Virus record (IMG/VR): IMGVR_UViG_3300031450_000012 | Coordinates: 1-29,330 of that record | Source of the DNA: a virus | Lineage: Duplodnaviria > Caudoviricetes | Length of the DNA stretch: 29,330 nucleotides | Reading direction: 5' to 3' (one strand) | In this document: positions 16,101 to 23,816 of the stretch, one piece after another | Layout: every line of letters starts with the position of its first letter | Position numbering within the stretch: position 1 is the stretch's first letter | Translations under genes and position numbers: made by a program | Notes under the pieces: generated by a model | Seen by the model: only the letters and a program-made list of their open reading frames with translations | Databases searched by the model: none | Told to the model about the DNA's origin: nothing

Positions 16101-16378
16101 TTGACAAAGGCCACAGTGAAATAAAAGCGCGGGCGATGCCGCAAACATTAGCGTTCTCTTCTTCACGCGGCGGGCGTGAAGGTGCAAGGGGTGGCGTTCA
16201 AATCGGCGCGATTCACTTAAACATTCCCGCTGGCTCGAAAGCGGGAGAAAACCCGCAAGAATTAGCGCGGCTCGTTGGTAATGAAGTAAGCAGGAAGGTA
16301 GATGAAGTAATGAGGGATTCTTATAGGATAGCGGCGCTTATGCGTGATGCTTCAGGTAGATACAGGGAGCGCGGTTGA
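13118..16378 (+). CDS. tape measure protein, copy on the inserted element (1086 aa)
   Basis: Ala/Gly-rich helical protein after a chaperone; N-terminus LAILLSLKD and C-terminal part shared with the 26792 gene. Confidence 0.8.
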   Translation: MANETFNLAILLSLKDQATGGLDKFATKLRNIGNLSRTTLSDLNKLYAKLGASVSTSGFDHATGQARTLGKEIRGAAKDYETLRRGLGRDSAIGKKGTPSATRDIDAGIGTARRGRKRKQETALDHIEDVNTVVNTTGQIADAWRSRADSMRPYIDATLELSRAQEKFKAINLSPQDNTRAFAAVNQTVRNIRGVTLTDATKLITDLHTATGSLEHAVESLPIASKYQFAFSSLFGDKFSSDQIEGQIQNAFKYLEMTGKVAQGREAMERSFNVMAQMGAATGGRVNPEEMLLMARRGGASVRGLSDLGLRNMSAVIQELGGSGAGTSMMSVYQELVGGVMKQSAAMEFQRLGFLDKSKIEFNKSGIIKRVMPGGNALGSMVMEDPLKAADALTAAMRAKGITSDKDIRNELAVLFQNRTANKLMDTLITQRPQVVKESNLAAGAKDIEQLNTQALDSAAGKMKTYETAVTNFKTAIGTGLLPLLTTFAGKLTPIANYFAEHENIAKWAAYILLGSKAAGGLLETASLFGQGGGKAISLIRWLSSSTSEAAALEKAVTGASTKTGALATKWGSLKAGAGTITLGIAVAGFTIEQLMTLLDKIDELNKAEAGNRKTQDMNLRSSRNYVDKSKAAGVPLDRNIMRGSAAADFATIDQEGTLKQAMRGGFKELLRDAFHVGAPSDKGWDKILGILPVPSKWNLIGNIGAHALTGSDNRPFSYGISGVDNYAKQVHLIRDRAKDLAVPEHMAEMRKYISGIKDVPESGKNWFTGLLQKSFTESFNQSTQILARESQGVAEQTSTISKALGDLLQPTNNTTQGFMSLLTPLGNTPQPFRDAGGAASAFADQAEAAAGRISNVKIEVPQASPVPNVNNQPQAQPPTNKQSSLIPSRFNKVDGATPRTTAYPTTLASLRAFDADRQRNSAQTFPVREQVKQVNGDAVRPRATQPTPDVALASLRGFDADRQRTDTRALRFSRPIDADGRRNETRAYPRAASFDKGHSEIKARAMPQTLAFSSSRGGREGARGGVQIGAIHLNIPAGSKAGENPQELARLVGNEVSRKVDEVMRDSYRIAALMRDASGRYRERG
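15842..16013 (+). repeat. 37-bp direct repeat (2 copies, 1 mismatch, 135 bp apart) in the tape measure 3' region
   Basis: GCTTCATTGCGCG(C/G)CTTCGACGCAGACAGGCAGCGCA at 15842-15878 and 15977-16013. Confidence 0.85.
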
Positions 16379-17463
16379 TGATTCCTACTAATCCACATAT
16401 CGCTATTGTGTTTAATAGTTTCAGCTTCGATGCTAAAAACCGCAAATTTATCGAAACCGACCCGATTGCTTTCGATAGTTTTACTGACAATGCGGGGCTA
16501 TTCAAGCAAGTAACCGTCCAGCTAACAACTAACCTTGCTTCCGAAGCCTTAGTTCGCGTGTTTGACCCTTCGTATGATTTTCTTGAACAGTTTTTGAGTG
16601 GCGACGGTGTTCCTCTTCGTTCGATGCGTGTATGGCTCGGCTTTGGTAATGACATGGGCGAGTCTGTGTTTAAGGGATTGCTGGCGCGCGTGGAGCGCAA
16701 CGAAACCGACACGACGCTACGCGCCTATGATATGGGCTATGTGATGCGCTTACAAAAGCACACCGAATATCATAAAGGTCTTGACGGTATTGGAATTATT
16801 AAGAAACTTGCCGAACGTAACGGACTTAAATTCGTCGGAACTGATAAACCCATCCATCTACCTAAGCATAATTCTTATATCCACGACGCTAAAACCGATT
16901 GGGAATTAGCTTCGGAAATTGCAGAAGAAATAGGCGTTGTGCTTTACGTGCGAGGTGATACGCTGTTTGCGAAAGAGCCTGCGCGCACTGACAAAGATAA
17001 TACCGTCCTTTCCATTGTAAACAGAGAAGATGAGCGGTTACTACGTCAATTTGATTTTAGCTACAAGTTGCCGGAGAACACACAAGGGCGTCCCGCTGTT
17101 GTTGAATTTCGCGGGCGTAGGCATCGCGGCAAGCGACTTGTTGGAAGGTCTGAAGAAAGCGCGCGTGGCACAAAAGACATTTTGATAAAGCATGACCTTC
17201 CGATTCACTCAAAAGGCTACGCTAACCGCGTCGCTCATGCTAAGAAAGAGCTTCAACGCGAGCACGCATTTTCTTGCACGCTTCGCCGAATTCCAGACCT
17301 AGCAGAGGCGCAGACCCGTCCCGATGCGCGCGACACCATACAGTTATTGAATTTTGGCAAACTGTTTAGCGGTCACTATATTTGCGACTCGGTTACGCAT
17401 GACTTTACTCCCGGTTCTTTCTCCACTGAATACAATCTTTACAGGGACATTGATGTTCCCTAG
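16375..17463 (+). CDS. baseplate hub / late control D-like (P2 gpD, Mu gp44-like) protein
   Basis: VWLGFG...VFKG, LAERNGL, TDWELASEIAEEIG.VLYVRGDTL, FSGHYICDSVTHDF motifs. Confidence 0.75.
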   Translation: MMIPTNPHIAIVFNSFSFDAKNRKFIETDPIAFDSFTDNAGLFKQVTVQLTTNLASEALVRVFDPSYDFLEQFLSGDGVPLRSMRVWLGFGNDMGESVFKGLLARVERNETDTTLRAYDMGYVMRLQKHTEYHKGLDGIGIIKKLAERNGLKFVGTDKPIHLPKHNSYIHDAKTDWELASEIAEEIGVVLYVRGDTLFAKEPARTDKDNTVLSIVNREDERLLRQFDFSYKLPENTQGRPAVVEFRGRRHRGKRLVGRSEESARGTKDILIKHDLPIHSKGYANRVAHAKKELQREHAFSCTLRRIPDLAEAQTRPDARDTIQLLNFGKLFSGHYICDSVTHDFTPGSFSTEYNLYRDIDVP

Positions 17464-17481
17464 TAGTTTGGAGCGTGCATC

Positions 17482-17847
17482 ATGAATGACAGCGAAGAAC
17501 ATGATTTTCCGTATACCGTCGCGGTGGTCGCCTTAAAGCATACAAGCGGCACTTATGATTTGAGATTACCTTTGGAGCGTATGGTTTTCCTTACGCGGCC
17601 TAAGCCTACAACTGCGGTTATGGCTGATTATGTAGTAGCGGCATCGGAAGAAGAAGCTAAAAGTAAAGCCCTTCAAAAAGCGCGCGAGTTATATCCGCCC
17701 TCTCAAGGTTGGACAGACCACAGGGCGATAGCTTGTCCGATAGATGTCAATTCGATGATGTGGACGGAGTTGGAAGAGATTAAAGATAAGGCTCTGCGAA
17801 AGATGCTTGCGGAAGTTAGCGCATCGGATGATGAACTTGTTATGTGA
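17482..17847 (+). CDS. hypothetical protein
   Basis: GGAG RBS; last ORF of the insertion; its TGA overlaps the GTG of the next ORF. Confidence 0.6.
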   Translation: MNDSEEHDFPYTVAVVALKHTSGTYDLRLPLERMVFLTRPKPTTAVMADYVVAASEEEAKSKALQKARELYPPSQGWTDHRAIACPIDVNSMMWTELEEIKDKALRKMLAEVSASDDELVM

Positions 17848-18611
17848 CCAATTGCAGATGCTCAGTGACAGCTTTGCCGGGAATGCCGGGCGATTACGAT
17901 CATAGTAATCCGAGCGGCGAAGGACGGTTGGTCTACGATAAGCAGGGCAATCCGGCGAAGGCTGAATATGGAACTGCTGTTTACGATCTCGCGGTTGGTA
18001 AATTTCAAGGCGTGCCGCCGCAGGCAAGTTTGCAAGAAGCAATCGAAGCTTCGGCTGCGCGGGCACAGGCTAATCGCAATCCGACGCCGAAGGCAGTCCT
18101 ACAATTCGAGGATCGCATTAGAAGTGATGCGCTCGAAACCGTTGGGCTTTTCGATGCGCAAGGGTCTTTGATTTATCGGAATCAGGGAAAAGCAGACCGC
18201 GTTGAAATTCATCTTAATGAATCTCAGCAACGGCGCGTCAAAGATTCGTTTATGACGCATAATCATCCGACCGAAAAAGGTGTTCGGCGCGGTGATCCAC
18301 GATGGCGCGGTTATTCATTCTCAGTCGAAGATATTGAGGCAGCAGCCGAATTGGAAGTTGCTGAAATACGCGTGGTGACGCGCGGCTATCGACACTCGAT
18401 GCGCCCGCCGAAAAGCGGATGGAATAAAGAGCTTAGTGAAAACATCAGGCTGGCATTTGAAAAAAATCGTGCTAAAGTGCTCAGCGAAATGAGATCAGCA
18501 ATCGCACGCGGCGAACTAACAATCGAGCAAGCGCAGGCTGACGAATTTCATGAAACATGGCAACGCACATCAAAACAATTGCGACTAAAATATAAGCGCG
18601 AAAAGAAATGA
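17844..18611 (+). CDS. orphaned MuF C-terminal part with JAB/MPN-like metallo-domain (putative toxin)
   Basis: Begins NCRCSVTAL and has GVPPQASLQEAIE, homologous to the MuF end; LETVGLFDAQG...THNHP...SFSVEDI motif. Confidence 0.7.
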   Translation: MTNCRCSVTALPGMPGDYDHSNPSGEGRLVYDKQGNPAKAEYGTAVYDLAVGKFQGVPPQASLQEAIEASAARAQANRNPTPKAVLQFEDRIRSDALETVGLFDAQGSLIYRNQGKADRVEIHLNESQQRRVKDSFMTHNHPTEKGVRRGDPRWRGYSFSVEDIEAAAELEVAEIRVVTRGYRHSMRPPKSGWNKELSENIRLAFEKNRAKVLSEMRSAIARGELTIEQAQADEFHETWQRTSKQLRLKYKREKK

Positions 18612-18832
18612 AACGTCTCGTCCTTGACCCGAAACCGCGTATCTCAGGAATCAGCAAAGTATGCACGCTCTGTGTCCACTTTGATGCTGAGCACCCGCTT
18701 GAACGGCGCTGCGAAGCTTTCCCTTCGGGGATTCCGCTTCAAATCTGGAACGGTGAGAACGATCATCGCAAACCGGTTCGCGGCGATCACGGCATTCAAT
18801 ACGAGAGCGTTCGCAGCGTCGAGGCTGCGTGA
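18608..18832 (+). CDS. small Cys-rich protein, candidate immunity/partner of the MuF C-terminal domain
   Basis: CTLC...CEAFPSGIPLQIWNGENDHRKPVRGDHGIQYE; ATGA-coupled to the upstream gene. Confidence 0.6.
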   Translation: MKRLVLDPKPRISGISKVCTLCVHFDAEHPLERRCEAFPSGIPLQIWNGENDHRKPVRGDHGIQYESVRSVEAA

Positions 18833-19084
18833 GGCAAAGAAATTTTCAGTTGCCCTTAAATGGGTTTCGCGTTAGCGTGCAAATTGCAGTATTTGAAACG
18901 CCTCAAAGCTACTCCGCGCCGGGGCATGGCGGCAATTGAAAATCGCGTTCCTTCGGCCTGTGCCAATCCAAACGTCTTACCCTACACGTTTTTGAGTGCG
19001 AGCCGTTTTGAACGATATTTGCGTCATTGAACGGCATTCTAGGGGCGTTTTTTTGAAATCCCTGATCGGGAGATTCGCACTCAA

Positions 19085-19288
19085 ATGAACTTTTTGGAAT
19101 TACGGTGCAAAGCGTGTCGAGCCTTACAGTGCGAAGTGAGCGATAATCTGGTTGGCACTCTTAGAGTGAAGTGCAGGCGCTCGACGTGCAGCAAAATGAT
19201 TGTTGTCACGTTTCCGTTAAAGAACAGACCGCCGACACTGGCAAATTCGCAAGGAGCGATAGCAGTCGCTACGCAACAGGCTCCCTGA
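19085..19288 (+). CDS. com: Com-like zinc-finger regulator
   Basis: ELRCKACRAL...LRVKCRRSTC pattern typical of Mu Com-family proteins. Confidence 0.65.
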   Translation: MNFLELRCKACRALQCEVSDNLVGTLRVKCRRSTCSKMIVVTFPLKNRPPTLANSQGAIAVATQQAP

Positions 19289-19307
19289 GCGAAGTCCCTA
19301 TATACAA

Positions 19308-19393
19308 GCTCCTTCGAGGGCTGCATAAAAATCTTTTGAGGCTCGATAAGAAGCCCGCCGATCCGGTTGGATCGGCGGGCTTCTTTTTATTTT
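19308..19393 (+). terminator. conserved late-leader RNA element, copy 4 (17-bp perfect hairpin + U tract)
   Basis: GCTC-CTTCGA-GGGC; GAGGCTC 19338-19344; AAGAAGCCCGCCGATCC-GGTT-GGATCGGCGGGCTTCTT then TTTATTTT-ATG. Confidence 0.8.
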
Positions 19394-20464
19394 ATGGCGA
19401 CAGACGGATTCAAAAATCAGTGGGTTGAGATTTTCAGAGCCGGACGGCACGTTGATGGTGATGGCCGCGAGCATGAAATTAGCATTGATTTCCTCGACCG
19501 CGTAGTTGCACACCTTAACCTCAACCTGCATGAACCGCCCGCCGTCATCGGGCATCCGCTTGAGGATGCTCCCGCCTATGCGTGGGTCGCCGGACTTCGT
19601 CGCAACGGCGAAAGCCTCGAAGCGCAGTTCGCCGATGTTGACGCCGATTTCGAGCGGCTAGTGCGCGAAGGGAAATTCAAGAAACGGTCTGCATCATTTT
19701 ATACGGACGCGGGCACGGCTCCCGGAAAGCGCGCGCCGTATTTGCGACACGTCGGATTTTTGGGAGCGCAGCCGCCAGCCGTTAAGGGCTTGCGCGCGAT
19801 TCAGTTTGACGAGGGTGCGAACGTCGTCACCTTCGAGGCAATTACTTTTAGTGAAGGAGAAAGTATGGCTGACAAGGATGGCAACGAAGAGAAATCCGTC
19901 AGAGAGCAGATCGCTGATTTCTTCAGAGAGATGTTCGGCGGCAAAGACAAGGACGCGCCCGCGAGTTTTAGTGAGTCGGAACTCGATGCGCGTATCAACA
20001 AGGCGCTTAACATAACGACGGCAAATTTCAGCGAGAAGATTACCCTGCTGGAAAACGAAAATAAACTTTTGCGCGAGCGCACGGATAAGCATTCCGACTC
20101 GGCGACGCACGCCGCCAATATTGCCTTTTGCGAGCACCTCGGCGCGGCGAAGTTTCCGCCCGCGTTCAAAAAAATCGGGACGATTGATTTCATGGATGCG
20201 CTCGCTGCCCTGCCCACTGAAAACAAGGTGACGGTTATCACTTTTGCCGAAGAGAACGGCCAGCAGGTTGAGGAAAAGTTAGAGCTTTCGCCGCTGATGT
20301 GGTTTCAGAACTTTCTCGAAGGTTTAGGGCCGTTTATCCAGTTCGGCGAGCAATTCGGCGGCATTCGCGCGACAACCAACGGCGCGGAGATTGTCGATCC
20401 GGCAGAGATGGACAAATTGCGTGAAGGCATGGGCACGCAGAAACCCGATGGAGGTAATAAATAA
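19394..20464 (+). CDS. Mu gpI-like prohead protease/scaffold
   Basis: WVEIFRAG, EPPAVIGHP, APAYAWV, FKKRSASFY, LRHVGFLGAQPPAVKGL motifs. Confidence 0.85.
   Translation: MATDGFKNQWVEIFRAGRHVDGDGREHEISIDFLDRVVAHLNLNLHEPPAVIGHPLEDAPAYAWVAGLRRNGESLEAQFADVDADFERLVREGKFKKRSASFYTDAGTAPGKRAPYLRHVGFLGAQPPAVKGLRAIQFDEGANVVTFEAITFSEGESMADKDGNEEKSVREQIADFFREMFGGKDKDAPASFSESELDARINKALNITTANFSEKITLLENENKLLRERTDKHSDSATHAANIAFCEHLGAAKFPPAFKKIGTIDFMDALAALPTENKVTVITFAEENGQQVEEKLELSPLMWFQNFLEGLGPFIQFGEQFGGIRATTNGAEIVDPAEMDKLREGMGTQKPDGGNK
19865..20464 (+). CDS. nested in-frame scaffold (Mu gpZ-like) start
   Basis: GAAGGAG RBS before an in-frame ATG (MADKDG) just after the protease domain. Confidence 0.55.
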   Translation: MADKDGNEEKSVREQIADFFREMFGGKDKDAPASFSESELDARINKALNITTANFSEKITLLENENKLLRERTDKHSDSATHAANIAFCEHLGAAKFPPAFKKIGTIDFMDALAALPTENKVTVITFAEENGQQVEEKLELSPLMWFQNFLEGLGPFIQFGEQFGGIRATTNGAEIVDPAEMDKLREGMGTQKPDGGNK

Positions 20465-21021
20465 TGCCGACGAAACTTGTTCAAACATTTGCGGAGCGTG
20501 AATCGCTCGAAGCACTTCGCGCTGATTTAGCGGTGGTCATTCCGGGCACAGTTAAGGGCGGTTTCAAAGTCCTGCGCAAAGATGTGCTCGGAGTTATCAG
20601 TGCGTCTTCTATGCTGCGTCGCCGCTCACGCACGACTGCGGCGGGCACCGGCTTCGCTACGAACTCAACAATCGGGCAAGTTGCTGATGCGTCGGTGTTC
20701 GCTTCGGGAGATGTGTTGAAGGCGGGCGACGGCACCACCATCGGCACAGTGCTCACAGTTGATCCGACCGCGACGCCCAACGCTGTGACGCTGACGGCTA
20801 ACGCGGCAGTCGCGGTTGCGGCGAGCGGCGTTGTCGTTGCTTCTGACGGGTCGCAGGTCGCGGCGTGCATTGCCGATCAAGAGTCGGACGGCACAGGCGA
20901 TACGACGATCAACATCTTCATCTCTGGCCTGTTAAAGGAAGCGATCCTGCGTGGACTGGATGCAACGGCGAAGTCGGAACTCGGCGGCAGAAGTCTGCCG
21001 GGCGGCATCTTCAAATTCTAA
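20464..21021 (+). CDS. head decoration / capsid accessory protein
   Basis: Position between protease and capsid genes; Ala/Thr/Val-rich. Confidence 0.6.
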   Translation: MPTKLVQTFAERESLEALRADLAVVIPGTVKGGFKVLRKDVLGVISASSMLRRRSRTTAAGTGFATNSTIGQVADASVFASGDVLKAGDGTTIGTVLTVDPTATPNAVTLTANAAVAVAASGVVVASDGSQVAACIADQESDGTGDTTINIFISGLLKEAILRGLDATAKSELGGRSLPGGIFKF

Positions 21022-21030
21022 GGAGAAACA

Positions 21031-22086
21031 ATGAGCGTAATTTTTAGATTTCCTACAAATGTTTCGATGGATGTTGCGACGCAGGAGTATTTCATCCAGC
21101 GCGACAAAATGGTTGGCGATGAAATCTTGCCTTTCCAAGATTTGATGACGCAGCGGGTGCAATGGGACGAACTCGACAGCGAAGTTGGCATGACCGCGCC
21201 GCACAATATGCGTTCCGATCCGCGCATTAATAACCGCCCCGGCTCGCGCCTGCGCGAGTATGTGCCGATTCCCTTCAAAGAAACCGAAGTCATCACTGAG
21301 GACGAGATGTTACAGGCACGAGCCTATGGCACGCTTGGCGGCGTCGTTGATCTCAGCCAGCTAATCGGCCAACGCATTCGTGCGCGCGAAGACAAAACCT
21401 TCATTCGCGCGGAGTGGTGTCGCTGGCAGGCCCTACGAGGACGGCTTCAGATCGCGGAGAACGGCGTCGTCGTAGATGAGTCGTTTCCCGTTCAGACCTA
21501 CGACGTAATTACGGATTGGGATAATCGCTCTACCGCGACTCCCCTCCGGGATGACAACGCCGTTGCGCTTCTCTTCGACGGCACGGGCGCATCCGCCGAA
21601 GGCGCGATTGCCTACGCCAACCGCAAGACGATCAACATGCGTTTGGAGAATGCGAACGCGAGCGATCTGCAAGGCTTTCGTGGCTCGAATTTCCGTAACG
21701 TCACGTTCAGCCTGAACGACATGAACAAGATTCAGGAAGATCGCGGGCTGCCGACATACAAGGTTTATCACGAAGGCTACATCGGCCTTGATCGCAACTT
21801 CCACACATATCTTCAAGACGGCGAAGTGATCGTGATCGGCAAGCGCCCTGCCGGTCAAAAAGTCGGCGATTTCGGCATGACGCCAACCTTGCATCGCACG
21901 AAGAACGGATTGCCTGCGCCGGGCTTCTTCTCAATTCTCGAAGTCAACGGAGATTCGAGTTCTGAAGTCAGCACAATCAGTCTCGGCGCGCACAAGAATC
22001 CAAAGGTCGAAATCACAGGCGGCGTTTACGGCGGCCCGCGCATTAAGTATCCGCGCTCGGTCGTTCACATGACCGTAAAACACTAG
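21031..22086 (+). CDS. major capsid protein (lambda gpE-like family)
   Basis: 351 aa; RAEWCRWQALRG and WDN...TPLRD motifs; AAGGAG RBS; synteny. Confidence 0.8.
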   Translation: MSVIFRFPTNVSMDVATQEYFIQRDKMVGDEILPFQDLMTQRVQWDELDSEVGMTAPHNMRSDPRINNRPGSRLREYVPIPFKETEVITEDEMLQARAYGTLGGVVDLSQLIGQRIRAREDKTFIRAEWCRWQALRGRLQIAENGVVVDESFPVQTYDVITDWDNRSTATPLRDDNAVALLFDGTGASAEGAIAYANRKTINMRLENANASDLQGFRGSNFRNVTFSLNDMNKIQEDRGLPTYKVYHEGYIGLDRNFHTYLQDGEVIVIGKRPAGQKVGDFGMTPTLHRTKNGLPAPGFFSILEVNGDSSSEVSTISLGAHKNPKVEITGGVYGGPRIKYPRSVVHMTVKH

Positions 22087-22092
22087 AGGTAA

Positions 22093-22299
22093 ATGATGGC
22101 TGACGATAAAGACAAAACAAAAGACAAAGCTTCGGGAGGAGCGCCGGAGAAGTCGCCCGCGCGCGTTGAAGTGTTGGTTGACAATCTCGGCCCTAATCTT
22201 TTGAAGAAGGGCGAGATTACTGATGATCCGCAAATCGTCGCGCTCCTTGATAAACAGGGCGGCGACCAACTTGTGCGCGCAATCGGAGACAACTGTTGA
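22093..22299 (+). CDS. small head-associated protein (Mu gp35-like position)
   Basis: GAGG RBS; synteny. Confidence 0.5.
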   Translation: MMADDKDKTKDKASGGAPEKSPARVEVLVDNLGPNLLKKGEITDDPQIVALLDKQGGDQLVRAIGDNC

Positions 22300-22739
22300 G
22301 CTACATCAATAAACAGGATTTGCTGGATGAGCTTGGCGAAAGCAAGCTCATCCAGTTGACCGATAACACGCGAAGTGGCGTGGTTGATTCGTCGCGTGTG
22401 GCGAAAGCGATCTCGTATGCAGTCGGCACGTTCGACTCATACGCGCGCACGCGTTACACGCTTCCTGTTCCAGCAACAGAGAAAGTCAAATCTGTCTGCC
22501 TCGATCTCGCGGTTTTTAATTTGATTAAAGGCCGCGCGACTTATGACGAAGGCGTTTACAAAGTGCGCCGGGACGCGCACGACGACGCGATGAAGTTCTT
22601 GCAGGCTTTGCAGAGCGGTAAAGCCGCGCTGGATATTCCGGCTGCGGAAGAAACAGCGGTGCTTCCGGCAAGTCCCGATACGGTGCTGCGCAGCAACAGC
22701 AGCACGATCTTCACTGACACGAAGCTTTCTAGGTACTGA
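22296..22739 (+). CDS. DUF1320 / Mu gp36-like head-tail adaptor
   Basis: SYINKQDL...LIQLTD...DSYARTRYTLPV...CLDLAVF...AMKFL...GKAALD. Confidence 0.85.
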   Translation: MSYINKQDLLDELGESKLIQLTDNTRSGVVDSSRVAKAISYAVGTFDSYARTRYTLPVPATEKVKSVCLDLAVFNLIKGRATYDEGVYKVRRDAHDDAMKFLQALQSGKAALDIPAAEETAVLPASPDTVLRSNSSTIFTDTKLSRY

Positions 22740-23185
22740 TGGCCGAAGACATTGAAGGTCTAGGGCGATTGCTTAACCGGATTGCCCGTTTGGAAACTGA
22801 TACGCGCCGCGTTGAAGCGCCATTGAAGGCTGCTGGCGCGTACATGCTCGGCTCGATTGAAAAGAACTTTCGCGAGCAGGGACGCCCGCAAAAGTGGCAG
22901 GGGCTGGCCGCCAGCACGTTGAGTAAAAGACGGCGCGGGCGTGGGCGTGGCGGCCCGCAGATTCTGATTGACACAGCGCGGCTGAAGAACTCGATCAACT
23001 TTCGCGTTGTCACAAAGGGAGTGGAAATCGGAACGAATGTGAAGTATGCCGCGCGGCAGCATTTCGGATTTCCCGGCGGCACGGGTCGCGGCCACTCGAA
23101 GACTCCAGCGAGAGCGTTCCTGATGTTTCAACGTGAAGACTATTCAGAGATCGCCAAGCTCTTTCGTAGGCACATTACACGGTGA
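22739..23185 (+). CDS. virion morphogenesis protein (Mu gpG / P2 gpS-like)
   Basis: NFREQGRP.KW.GL, ILIDTARLKNSI, IGTNVKYAARQHFG, PARAFL. Confidence 0.85.
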   Translation: MAEDIEGLGRLLNRIARLETDTRRVEAPLKAAGAYMLGSIEKNFREQGRPQKWQGLAASTLSKRRRGRGRGGPQILIDTARLKNSINFRVVTKGVEIGTNVKYAARQHFGFPGGTGRGHSKTPARAFLMFQREDYSEIAKLFRRHITR

Positions 23186-23814
23186 ACAGAGACTTAAAAT
23201 TCTTTATCGGCGGCATCGAGGATGGATGTATCGCCGCGTTGAAAGTGGCTGCTGGCAAGTACGCGGGTGACATAACAGCATACGGCGGCGAGCTTGATAA
23301 GAAGGATTTGAAAACGGCGCTTGCCGAGCTTGCTTTGCGATTCCCGCTTTTTCTCGTGAGTTACGTCGAGGGCGACGACACGCACGAGAATCCGATTTCG
23401 CCAGCGCCGGGCGCTCCGTGGGTTGTTCGCCATGATTGTTCGTTCATCGTAATTTTGGTGGACGATAACGCGCGTGGCGAGGAAGAAAGACGACGTGGGG
23501 CAGGCGGCATTTATCGAATGCTGTCCGACACGGATGAAGCATTGTCGCATCGCCAGTTTGCGGTCGTGATCGAGGGCGAGACTGTGATTTTGAATCCGGG
23601 CGAGTTTATTCCGGTCGGGATCGAGCATCTAGCACATCTGCCGGATCAAACAGCTTATGCGCGCACCTTTAGCGCATATTTCAAATACTTGACGCCGGAT
23701 CGCCGTGATGAAGAGAAGGCCATTCAAACAATTGAATTCGGGATAGACCTGACGGCGGCGAGCCGTCGCACTGAAGGCAATCTGCCCGGCGTCAATCTAA
23801 CAGTGAAGGAGTAA
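23182..23814 (+). CDS. Mu gp37-like (DUF1834) tail terminator/neck protein
   Basis: AYGGELD, RRRG..GIYRML motifs; synteny. Confidence 0.65.
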   Translation: MNRDLKFFIGGIEDGCIAALKVAAGKYAGDITAYGGELDKKDLKTALAELALRFPLFLVSYVEGDDTHENPISPAPGAPWVVRHDCSFIVILVDDNARGEEERRRGAGGIYRMLSDTDEALSHRQFAVVIEGETVILNPGEFIPVGIEHLAHLPDQTAYARTFSAYFKYLTPDRRDEEKAIQTIEFGIDLTAASRRTEGNLPGVNLTVKE

Positions 23815-23816
23815 AG

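Larger units (their letters stand above)
9262..17851. mobile_element. ~8.6 kb inserted block interrupting MuF (regulator, nuclease, second tail module)
   Basis: NCRC motif appears at both ends (9260 and 17850) with a shared CAA. Removing the block restores ...PPYSF-NCRCSVTALPG... in frame. The left part is AT-richer and partly on the minus strand. Confidence 0.65.

Noticed and set aside
9259-17851. IS/transposon, invertible segment or self-splicing intron as the nature of the insert
   Set aside because: No transposase, recombinase or reverse transcriptase, and I found no terminal inverted repeats or long target duplication; only CAA is shared.
19367-19393. Protease start at 19367
   Set aside because: It lies within the 17-bp hairpin; ATG 19394 fits the conserved WVEIF N-terminus.
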